This document shows, piece after piece, positions 9,899 to 18,081 of a DNA stretch of 64,000 nucleotides. Under the pieces are notes generated by a model. That model was not told where the DNA came from, did not search any database, and worked only from the letters and a program-made list of their open reading frames with translations. Each line of letters starts with the position of its first letter. Position 1 is the stretch's first letter. The stretch is from NCBI GenBank assembly GCA_963719945.1, contig CAVRDX010000003.1, forward strand, positions 192,001 to 256,000, given 5' to 3'. A program made the translations under genes and the position numbers. Origin of the DNA: an uncultured Thermoplasmata archaeon (lineage in GTDB: Archaea > Thermoplasmatota > Thermoplasmata > UBA10834).

Positions 9899-9972
9899 TG
9901 GGGCCGGGGAGGAGATTTGAACTCCTGTTTGCGGATCTGCAGTCCGCCACATGGCCGCTCTGTCACCCCGGC
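9899..9972 (-). tRNA. tRNA-Cys(GCA), CCA encoded
   Basis: GCCGGGG acceptor stem, anticodon arm GCGGA-CTGCAGA-TCCGC, T arm AGGAG-TTCAAAT-CTCCT, 3' end CCCCGGC-C-CCA. Confidence 0.95.
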
Positions 9973-10112
9973 ACGGCCTGGCGTCTATCACAAACTGTCT
10001 ATTTATGGTTTTCATGAAGTCATGACGAAACCCGCCAAGAACTATCATTCTCATCATTGGCCTTTCCTCCATCGAGGACAAGATTAATACTGTACACAGG
10101 GTTCGACCAGTT

Positions 10113-11318
10113 GTGAAATTCGCTGCTGTAAGCCCATATAACGCAATCTCAAAACATGCGTTTCCTGAGAAGGTTGTCCTCTATGACAGCACCCTGAGGG
10201 ACGGCGAGCAGATGCCAGGGGTCCATTTCACCCACGATCAGAAGGTCGCAATCGCCAGGAAACTGGACGAGATACGCATGCATCAGATCGAGGCTGGCTT
10301 TCCTGCAGTCTCAGATGGCGAGAGAAAGACGGTGAAGTCGATAACATCCCTCGGACTTGATGCAGAGATTCTGTGTCTATCCAGAACGCTGAAGGCAGAT
10401 GTCGATGCTGCTATCGAGTGCGATGTCGATATGGTCCTACTGTTCATCGCAACCAGCGAACTCCATCTCAAATACAAATTGAAGATGACTCGGGAGCAGG
10501 TGATCGAAAAGGCCGTGGCTGCCGTTGACCACGCACGTTCACATGGCCTCAAGGTGAGCATGAGTTCCGAGGACAGCACAAGGTCCGATGTGGATTTCAT
10601 GCTCGATCTATTCAGAGCATCTGCTGAGGCTGGTGCAGTCAGGTTGGGAATAACCGACACACTCGGCTGCGCAGGCCCTGAGGCGATAGAGTACCTCGTT
10701 CGCAAGATAAGCGGATCGATAGATCTTCCAGTCTCCGCTCATCTGCACAACGACTTCGGCCTCGCTGTAGTGAATTCGATTGCCGCTCTCTCCAGTGGAG
10801 CTACGGCCATTGCCACGACCGTCGGAGGGATCGGAGAGCGAGCCGGCAATGTGTCTCTCGAGCAGCTGGTGATGGCTCTGAAACATCTCTATAAGAAGGA
10901 TATCGGGATTAGGACGGAAGGTCTTACAGACTTGACTAAACTCGTCTTCGAATCCGCCGATCTGTCTATCCCAGCCAATCAGCCATGGGTTGGCCCCAAC
11001 GCCTTCTCGCACGAATCTGGGATACATGTCGCTGCTGTGCTCAACTGCCCATTGACATACGAGTGCGTGAACCCTGAGGAAGTGGGCAATAAACGCCGTC
11101 TGGTCCTCGGCAAGCATTCTGGGACCCATATCGTCGTGAACAGGCTGGAGGAGAAGGATATCAAGGCCAGCCAGGAACAGGTGTGCGACATCGTGCGGGC
11201 CATAAAGCGTGCCGGTGAGGACCATGGCCGGGTCTCTGATGATGAGTTCTGGAAAATAGTGGATGGGATCATGAAGGCGGAACCAGGTCACCCTGATTGT
11301 TCTGAAGATAAAGAATGA
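10113..11318 (+). CDS. Homocitrate synthase family (DRE-TIM; LeuA/CimA/AksA-like, no long regulatory domain)
   Basis: DSTLRDGEQ, IEAGFP, HLHNDFG, GIGERAGN, HESGIH, LGKHSG. Confidence 0.88.
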   Translation: MKFAAVSPYNAISKHAFPEKVVLYDSTLRDGEQMPGVHFTHDQKVAIARKLDEIRMHQIEAGFPAVSDGERKTVKSITSLGLDAEILCLSRTLKADVDAAIECDVDMVLLFIATSELHLKYKLKMTREQVIEKAVAAVDHARSHGLKVSMSSEDSTRSDVDFMLDLFRASAEAGAVRLGITDTLGCAGPEAIEYLVRKISGSIDLPVSAHLHNDFGLAVVNSIAALSSGATAIATTVGGIGERAGNVSLEQLVMALKHLYKKDIGIRTEGLTDLTKLVFESADLSIPANQPWVGPNAFSHESGIHVAAVLNCPLTYECVNPEEVGNKRRLVLGKHSGTHIVVNRLEEKDIKASQEQVCDIVRAIKRAGEDHGRVSDDEFWKIVDGIMKAEPGHPDCSEDKE

Positions 11319-11348
11319 ATTTCGGGCCCGAATTCATCGGGCCCGATG
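11315..11348. terminator. Double palindrome, probable bidirectional terminator
   Basis: TCGGGCCCGA occurs twice (11322-11331, 11337-11346) between convergent genes. Confidence 0.5.
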
Positions 11349-11381
11349 GTGTGGTGGTTCAAAGGGTTTAGTCAAGCCTGA

Positions 11382-11531
11382 TTATGCCTTTCCAAATGCT
11401 TTTGCGCTCTTGGACAACCTGACCTGTCTCTGACAGTTCGGATACGTGCACGGTGTGCAATGGTATTTCTCGCTGCACGAAGTCTCGATCTGCTCGTATC
11501 TCTCGTTCCATTTCGTTACTTGCTGTGGCAA
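11382..11531 (-). CDS. Small Cys-rich protein (49 aa), below the ORF-track cutoff
   Basis: TTG start after a GAGGGA RBS. MPQQVTKWNERYEQIETSCSEKYHCTPCTYPNCQRQVRLSKSAKAFGKA. BRE/TATA-like GAAATCCTTTTTAA about 40 nt upstream. Confidence 0.55.
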   Translation of the reverse strand: MPQQVTKWNERYEQIETSCSEKYHCTPCTYPNCQRQVRLSKSAKAFGKA

Positions 11532-11699
11532 GTTATCCCTCTATGTGATGCCCACTGATGCACACGAGTTAAAAAGGATTTCTATTCTGCTCATGGAATG
11601 GTAAATAGGTGCGGGCGCCAGTACCACTCATGCTGCATGAGACATGATTTCGATTCGAAATCAAGAATCAAAGTACGATTGGGTGCGTTGTTCTCGGAT

Positions 11700-12482
11700 T
11701 CATATGTCGATTCTGCGCCCGGTCGCATCGAGCTTCGTGCGTCCAAATTCCGAGAAACCCTTCAGAACATCGATTGAGAAGACCGGCCCGTCCCGACAAA
11801 CATGCAGTCCATCGATGGCGCAGGAGTCACAGATCCCTATTCCGCATTTCATCAATCTCTCGACCGAGGCCTGCATCGGTATCGAGAGTTCGGCACACTT
11901 GTCTGCGAGCTTCGCCATCATCCGTTCAGGACCACAGCAGAATACGATGTCATGCTCGCCAGTCTGCAGCATCGGGACAGCGATGTCCGTCGCGAACCCT
12001 TTCCTGCCTTCGGACCCGTCATCGGTTGTGATGACGACCTCTGCTCCGGTCTTCATCGCTCGGTCCTTGAACAATATCTCCCTTGCCGTCCGAGCACCGA
12101 TGACAACTCTGACGTTCGACTGGTTTTCCGTTAGCTTCTCAATGAGTGGCAATAGTGCGGCCATGCCTGTTCCGCCAGCGACGATGAGCGGCTTCTTGCC
12201 AACAGAACTGAACCCTTTCCCATAGGGTCCCCGAATGCCTACGAGATCACCCAAACGTTTGATGGAGAGTGCTTTTGTGCCATCCCCCACTATCTGGTAT
12301 GTTATCCATATCTGATCCCCGATGTGTGATATCGACATAGGGAATTCGTCCACGCCCGGGACCCAGACCATGACGAACTGTCCTGGTTCAGCATCAATCG
12401 AGCCATCAAGCACGATAGTCCTGATGCTTGGAGTCTCATCCCTGTGTTCTGAAACCCTCAGCATCCTAATGCTTGACTTCAT
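11700..12482 (-). CDS. pyrK: Dihydroorotate dehydrogenase electron transfer subunit
   Basis: PGQFVMVW, RGPYGKGF, GGTG, CGPERM, MKCGIGICDSC...C [2Fe-2S] motif. Confidence 0.95.
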   Translation of the reverse strand: MKSSIRMLRVSEHRDETPSIRTIVLDGSIDAEPGQFVMVWVPGVDEFPMSISHIGDQIWITYQIVGDGTKALSIKRLGDLVGIRGPYGKGFSSVGKKPLIVAGGTGMAALLPLIEKLTENQSNVRVVIGARTAREILFKDRAMKTGAEVVITTDDGSEGRKGFATDIAVPMLQTGEHDIVFCCGPERMMAKLADKCAELSIPMQASVERLMKCGIGICDSCAIDGLHVCRDGPVFSIDVLKGFSEFGRTKLDATGRRIDI

Positions 12483-13383
12483 GGGCAACCCCTACCATCT
12501 CGGGAATCCTGCCGAAGCCATTCCGGTCCATGAACTCCGAGATATCATTGCAGACCTTGCCGAAGACCTCTGGTCCGTGCCTCCAGACTGCTGTCCCTAT
12601 CTGAACCGAGCTAGCTCCTGCCATTATGTACTCGAGGGCGTCGTTTCCTGATTCGATTCCTCCGACGCCTATGATTGGTATCTTGACAGAGCCCCTTATC
12701 TCATAGACACATCTGACTCCGACGGGTCTTATCGATGGTCCGGACAGTCCTCCGAACCTGTTCGCGAGGACCGGCATCCTTGCCTCTGGTGATATGACCA
12801 TTCCTTTCAACGTATTGATTGCTACTATCGCGTCCGCGCCTCCCTTTTCTGCGGCCTTTGCCAAGTTGACGATGGATGTTGTGTTCGGTGTCAGCTTCGC
12901 GAACATCGGTATGTCCAGACCGCTCTTGGCCGCTCTGCAGACACTCTCAACCATCTCTGGAGTCGAGCCTACCTCTGCTCCGAATCCTTTGGCATGCGGA
13001 CAGCTGAGGTTTAGTTCGATTGCATCGGCGCCCGCATCTGCCATCAAGCGAGCCATCTCTGCGATCTCAACCTCGCCGCCTCCGAACACGCTCCCGATGA
13101 TTGGGACCCCCGCCTTCTTCGCCTCCTCCAGCTCCCTGCTGAAGCCATCTATGCCGGGGTTGGGCAGCCCCATGGCATTCATCAAACTGTCACCGAGCTC
13201 CACTATACAAGGACTGCCGTGCCCTTGCCTGGGCTCTCTGCCGATCGATTTTGTCACAATTGCGCCCGCACCCGCGCGCGCGATTGAAGCCATTGTCTTG
13301 CCTGTCTCATCCAAAATCCCTGAGGCAAGCATCGTCGGGTTCCTGAGACTCAGACCACAGATATTGACTGACAAGTCCGCCAT
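12466..13383 (-). CDS. pyrD: Dihydroorotate dehydrogenase (family 1B) catalytic subunit
   Basis: NPTMLASG, NAMGLPNPG, ELNLSCPH, KLTPN, INT, GGLSG, adjacent to pyrK. Confidence 0.96.
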   Translation of the reverse strand: MADLSVNICGLSLRNPTMLASGILDETGKTMASIARAGAGAIVTKSIGREPRQGHGSPCIVELGDSLMNAMGLPNPGIDGFSRELEEAKKAGVPIIGSVFGGGEVEIAEMARLMADAGADAIELNLSCPHAKGFGAEVGSTPEMVESVCRAAKSGLDIPMFAKLTPNTTSIVNLAKAAEKGGADAIVAINTLKGMVISPEARMPVLANRFGGLSGPSIRPVGVRCVYEIRGSVKIPIIGVGGIESGNDALEYIMAGASSVQIGTAVWRHGPEVFGKVCNDISEFMDRNGFGRIPEMVGVAHEVKH

Positions 13384-13456
13384 GGGCTTCGCTGTAGATT
13401 GCCCCTACATCTAGAAGAACTTTGCCCAAAGGTCTGTCCATCAACGATGATCGAGG

Positions 13457-13849
13457 TCAGGCCTTGGACTTCCCTGCCTTCTTCGTCTCATAATCCTTTA
13501 TGGCCTCTCTCAATGCGTCCGCTGCCAGGTTGGAGCAGTGCATCTTCTGGGGAGGCAGACCATCGAGCGATTCAGCGACATCCTTTCGGGATATCTTCTT
13601 GGCCTCCTCCAGGGTCTTGCCTCTTGCCAACTCCGTTATCATGGAACTCGTCGCGATGGCAGCTCCACAACCAAAGGTCTTGAACTTGATATCGGTGACG
13701 ATATCATCCTTGACCTTGATGTACAGCCACATGACGTCTCCACACTGGGGATTCCCTACCTTGCCGATGCCATCCGCATCGGGTATCTCACCGACGTTTC
13801 TCGGATTGGCGAAGTGATCCATAACCTTCTCAGTGTACACAGCTTCCAC
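13457..13849 (-). CDS. iscU: Fe-S cluster scaffold IscU/NifU
   Basis: HFANPRNVG, GNPQCGDVM, FKTFGCGAAIA, LPPQKMHCSNLA. Confidence 0.95.
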   Translation of the reverse strand: MEAVYTEKVMDHFANPRNVGEIPDADGIGKVGNPQCGDVMWLYIKVKDDIVTDIKFKTFGCGAAIATSSMITELARGKTLEEAKKISRKDVAESLDGLPPQKMHCSNLAADALREAIKDYETKKAGKSKA

Positions 13850-15044
13850 CCTCACTGGCTCCCATGGGCCTTTCTGCGTTGAACGGGGATATCTCTCTCA
13901 GCTTCGAGACCACACCGGGTAACACCTCCAGTAAGTAATCTACATCCTCATAGGTGTTTTCCCGTCCCAATGTGAGTCTGAGGCTGCCGTGCGCCTGCTC
14001 GTGAGTCAGTCCCAATGCTAACAGGACATGGGATGGTTCAAGGGACCCTGTCGAGCATGCGGATCCTGTGGATGCGGCGATGCCTTTGAAATCCAGCTGC
14101 AGTATGAGCGCCTCACCTTCGATGAAATCGAATCTGAAATGTGCATTGTTGACGAGTCGCTGGGTCCGGTGACCGTTCAGGTAGGATCTCTCGACCAGCT
14201 CGGGGACCCTGTCTATTATCTTGTCTCTGAGGGACCTCATGCGGTCAGTCACCGATTCGAAATCCCTCTTGGCAAGCTCCGCGGCCTTGCCCAAACCGAC
14301 TATCCCTGGAACGTTCTCCGTCGAAGATCGGAGACCGTGTTCGTGCCCTCCGCCGTGCATCATCGGCTCTATCTTGATGCCCTTCTTGACATACAACACC
14401 CCCACGCCCTTGGGGCCATGCAGCTTGTGCGACGAGAGCGATAGGAGGTCTATGCCGTCCTGCTTCACGTCGATAGGCATCTTTCCAGCGGCTTGTACCG
14501 CATCTGTGTGGAACGGGATCCCTTTGGACTGTGCAATCCTCGCTATCTCCCTGATAGGTTGGATCGTCCCAATCTCATTGTTCGCGGCCATGATGGATAT
14601 GAGTACAGTATTGCTCTTGATCGCCCTATCCAGTTCGGCAGGGTCCACAAGCCCTTCCCTGGAGACTGGCAGCTTGGTGACATCGAAGCCAACACTCTCC
14701 AGGTATCCGCATGATTCGAGGATCGCAGGGTGTTCGATCACGCTGGTTATGATGTGCCCTTTCGTCCGCCCTTTGTACATCGCGACCCCTTTCAGCGCAA
14801 GGTTGTCCGATTCCGTACCTCCGGATGTGAAGACAATCTCCCTCGGGTCTGCGTTGATCAGGGTGGCCACATGCTTCCTGGCAAGCTCCATGGATGCCTT
14901 GGCTTCCCGTCCGTAGGAATGAATGCTCGATGCATTGCCGAAACGCTCTCTGAAGAATGGCAGCATGGCCTCCAAGACCTCTGGCAAGACCTGAGAAGTC
15001 GCGCTATGGTCGAAATACGCCCTTTTCTTGGAGCTGGCTATCAT
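13830..15044 (-). CDS. iscS: Cysteine desulfurase IscS/NifS (group I)
   Basis: YFDHSAT, FTSGGTESDN, HTDAVQ, SSHKLHGPKG, STGSACS. Confidence 0.95.
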   Translation of the reverse strand: MIASSKKRAYFDHSATSQVLPEVLEAMLPFFRERFGNASSIHSYGREAKASMELARKHVATLINADPREIVFTSGGTESDNLALKGVAMYKGRTKGHIITSVIEHPAILESCGYLESVGFDVTKLPVSREGLVDPAELDRAIKSNTVLISIMAANNEIGTIQPIREIARIAQSKGIPFHTDAVQAAGKMPIDVKQDGIDLLSLSSHKLHGPKGVGVLYVKKGIKIEPMMHGGGHEHGLRSSTENVPGIVGLGKAAELAKRDFESVTDRMRSLRDKIIDRVPELVERSYLNGHRTQRLVNNAHFRFDFIEGEALILQLDFKGIAASTGSACSTGSLEPSHVLLALGLTHEQAHGSLRLTLGRENTYEDVDYLLEVLPGVVSKLREISPFNAERPMGASEGGSCVH

Positions 15045-15185
15045 AACGAACGAAGGTGATGATGGCCGGTCATCTTAAAAGTTTGCCGGTGTGAACGAGG
15101 GTTTTCGGTCCCGCGTGTCGGTTTGGGGACCGCTCAAAAACTGAAAAGGACTAATACGGTCCAGTGACATCTGTGAGCGTTCAAT

Positions 15186-16409
15186 ATGGACGTCTCTAGG
15201 GTCCGTCAGGACTTCCCGTTGCTGAATTCCGAACCCGGGGGAAGATCCCTGGTCTATTTCGATAGTGCATGTCAATCACTCAGACCGACACAGGTTCTGG
15301 ATGCCATGAATGAATACTATAGGGCATTCCCTTCATGTGCAGGCAGAAGTGTTCACAAGCTCGCGACGGAAGTATCCATCCGATGCGACGACGCCCGCTC
15401 GAAGGTCGCCCGCTTCTTCGGTGCAGAGGACGCCAGCGAGATTGCCTTTCTGAAGAACGCGACGGAAGGCCTGAATACGGTGCTCCTCGGGTACGATTTC
15501 GACCATGGAGACCAAATCGTCACCACCGATTATGAGCACAATTCCCTCCAGGTCCCAGTGTTCAAGGTGTGCGGATCGAAAGGGGTCAAACACATCCCGG
15601 TCCCATCATCTGAAGATGGCACGTTCGACATCGAAGCTTTTCATGAACGGATGTCGAAGAATGTGAAGCTGGTCGCGATGTGCCTGACATCGAATGTACA
15701 TGGTTATACGCTGCCCGCAAGGGAAGTCGTGGATATCGCACATTCATATGGTGCGCGCGTACTATTCGATGCTGCCCAGTCGGCTCCGAGCATTCCTCTG
15801 GACGTGGGCGTGCTTGGAGTGGATTATCTTGCCGCATCGGCGCATAAGATGTTGGGGCCTTCGGGTGTGGGCATATTCTACGTGAATGAGGATGCTGCTG
15901 CTGACATCGAACCGATCATGTATGGCGGCCATGGGGTGGCCGAAGTCCGGAGTGGCAGATTCACCCTCCTCCCACCTCCAGAGCGTTTTGAGACCGGGTT
16001 GCAGAACTACTCCGGCATCCTGGGCACTGGAGCCGCGGTCGATTATCTCAATTCCATCGGGATGGATGATATCAGGAGCCATGAGATCGGACTCAACCGT
16101 CGCATGACTAGGGGGCTCATGCAAACTCCTGGCGTTACCATCATGAAGCCGTTCGATCCGAATATGCGTGGTGGCATATTCAGTTTCAATATCGACGGAA
16201 TGACCCCTCATGACATCGCTATGATACTCGACAACTCCAAGAACATCATGATCCGCTCAGGCATGCATTGTTGCCATTCATACTTTGATGAGATTGCTGT
16301 AGATGGATGTGCGAGAGCATCGGTCTACATCTACAACACGGATGATGAAGCGGACTTTTTCATCGAAGCTGTGCAGGACCTATCAGCCAGCTTCAGCAAG
16401 TTCAAGTGA
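15186..16409 (+). CDS. SufS-like cysteine desulfurase (class V aminotransferase, group II)
   Basis: RQDFPLL, YFDSAC, EHNS, DAAQS, SAHKMLGPSG, IRSGMHCCH. Confidence 0.88.
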   Translation: MDVSRVRQDFPLLNSEPGGRSLVYFDSACQSLRPTQVLDAMNEYYRAFPSCAGRSVHKLATEVSIRCDDARSKVARFFGAEDASEIAFLKNATEGLNTVLLGYDFDHGDQIVTTDYEHNSLQVPVFKVCGSKGVKHIPVPSSEDGTFDIEAFHERMSKNVKLVAMCLTSNVHGYTLPAREVVDIAHSYGARVLFDAAQSAPSIPLDVGVLGVDYLAASAHKMLGPSGVGIFYVNEDAAADIEPIMYGGHGVAEVRSGRFTLLPPPERFETGLQNYSGILGTGAAVDYLNSIGMDDIRSHEIGLNRRMTRGLMQTPGVTIMKPFDPNMRGGIFSFNIDGMTPHDIAMILDNSKNIMIRSGMHCCHSYFDEIAVDGCARASVYIYNTDDEADFFIEAVQDLSASFSKFK

Positions 16410-16869
16410 CTTGGACCACGAATAACAGGATGCTCGAGAGCTCGTCGACCGGGATGAGGCCGGTTTTGACGCAGAGGACATCTCCTGTTCGTACTTTCAG
16501 GTGGCCCGAGGCCAGATCGCGTTCCTCAATGATGGATTGATTCAGCGGCTCTCCTTGCCATTCCCAGGTATGCACGGGGTCCTGTAGCTCTACTCCTATG
16601 GTGCGGCCATCCGCGCTCGCAGTCATATGTGTGTGGCAGATGTCCAGCCATATTTCCGAGCCGCCCTGAGTGCTCGGAACAGACCACGAAAGCTCACACC
16701 CGGATCCGCCCCCTCTCAGGAGCAACATCAATCTCTCCAGTGAACCGAGCATCTCGGTCAATTCATTCCCTTCATCCAAGGTCATCGAATGTCTCACGAT
16801 GCCGCCGGCGATGGTCATGAACATGAGTGCGCATATCGACATGGCTACCTTCGACACGATGAAATCCGT
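16402..16869 (-). CDS. Pilin-cluster membrane-anchored protein (start uncertain, ACG candidate)
   Basis: N-terminal hydrophobic helix DFIVSKVAMSICALMFMTIAGGIV. Directly follows a GAGGTGA RBS and a TAA/ACG overlap. Confidence 0.65.
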   Translation of the reverse strand, partial: TDFIVSKVAMSICALMFMTIAGGIVRHSMTLDEGNELTEMLGSLERLMLLLRGGGSGCELSWSVPSTQGGSEIWLDICHTHMTASADGRTIGVELQDPVHTWEWQGEPLNQSIIEERDLASGHLKVRTGDVLCVKTGLIPVDELSSILLFVVQVT

Positions 16870-17351
16870 TAGATCACCTCTGCGATGATGTATTGCCGTC
16901 CATCGGCGACCCATCCTACCATCCTGATGGTGCAGAGTTCGGAGCAGATGTCCAGAGACCCATTTCCTTGGGTTGTTATCATTGCAGGGGGACTCGATGC
17001 TGTTCGAACTATCTGCGCTCCTGACACGAGTTCGAGAACGACGGAGCACGCGTACACTCCTCCGATGGAATCCCCTATGCTCAGGCTGTGAAGCCTCATC
17101 CGACCCTCCGATGAGAAGTCGAGATCTATTTGGTTGACGCTCCCTGGACCCTGCATAGATAATCTCTGAGCGGAAGCGATGATCTTCTCGAGCTGCAGCT
17201 CCGCCCTTATAAGGAACTCTCTGTCGCTCACAGTATTCAGAGCCTCGGTGGCTGGCACTATGGACATGGCGGCGACTATCGCCACGATCATCAACCTGAG
17301 CGGCAACGCCTCCAGAGCCCTATCATCCTCTCGGATGCGCATATCGATCAT
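16869..17351 (-). CDS. Type IV pilin-like protein (class III signal peptide)
   Basis: EDDRA/LEALPLRLMIVAIVAAMSIVPA charged leader then hydrophobic helix. ATGA overlap with the upstream gene. Confidence 0.7.
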   Translation of the reverse strand: MIDMRIREDDRALEALPLRLMIVAIVAAMSIVPATEALNTVSDREFLIRAELQLEKIIASAQRLSMQGPGSVNQIDLDFSSEGRMRLHSLSIGDSIGGVYACSVVLELVSGAQIVRTASSPPAMITTQGNGSLDICSELCTIRMVGWVADGRQYIIAEVI

Positions 17352-17836
17352 CCCGTGATGACGGGTATCTCATAGCTGGTATCGACGCCATAATTCCCTT
17401 TGGCCACCGTGACAGTGACTGTTGTGAACCCCGATCCGAATTTCTCGAGTTTGAGCCCCAAGAACACGACCTGTCCATTGGAATCCGTCACGCCCCTCAC
17501 GGGCGAGCCGTCAGCGTTCCTTATGTTCGCGCCATCCAACATCACAGTCGCTCCTTCCAGTCGATCCCCGCCCTGGTCGGTGACGATGACGCTTATCGTA
17601 TTGTCATATGAGGTGTACAGGCCATCGCCGTCATCGTCAAAGACTATGATCTCTCCCGGGCTGACGAAGACCTCTCCGATTGCGTTCGGCGCTGCGATGG
17701 AATTCATCCACCCCATTATTATGGTCAGACCGAGCCCTGCCACAACCACCATTATCAATAGCTGCAGCGGAAGTCCTTCGATCCCACCTTCACGGTCACA
17801 TCTCAGCCTGGAAATCTTGCTCCTTGCTGCTATCAT
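17348..17836 (-). CDS. Type IV pilin-like protein with Ig/carboxypeptidase-regulatory-like C-terminus
   Basis: RCDREG/GIEGLPLQLLIMVVVAGLGLTIIMGW leader, VTDQGGDRLEGATV...GVTDSNGQVVF. Confidence 0.72.
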   Translation of the reverse strand: MIAARSKISRLRCDREGGIEGLPLQLLIMVVVAGLGLTIIMGWMNSIAAPNAIGEVFVSPGEIIVFDDDGDGLYTSYDNTISVIVTDQGGDRLEGATVMLDGANIRNADGSPVRGVTDSNGQVVFLGLKLEKFGSGFTTVTVTVAKGNYGVDTSYEIPVITG

Positions 17837-18081
17837 GATACCAACAGGGTCCTTAGAATTCGGGATAGGGATATTCTACCTGCTTACATGTACGCTAATT
17901 GATAGTGTCCAGTATATGTCTGACCCCCTCGTTGACTTCGGTCTCATCGGTTATCAGCACTGATTCCCAGGAAAGCACCTACTTATACGCTCGGGGACGG
18001 TAGAAAACTCAGGAACGCAGACCGGCAAGAGGGGGTAAGTCTGACCTGTGCTCGGTGAGGCGTATGAAGGAGCTGAAAGTA

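Noticed and set aside
10113-15044. Nitrogen fixation cluster
   Set aside because: No nifH, nifD, nifK, nifE, nifN or nifB in the window.
16870-17049. N-terminal extension of the 215-aa ORF 16402..17049
   Set aside because: Overlaps the upstream pilin gene in another frame. The real start is near 16869.
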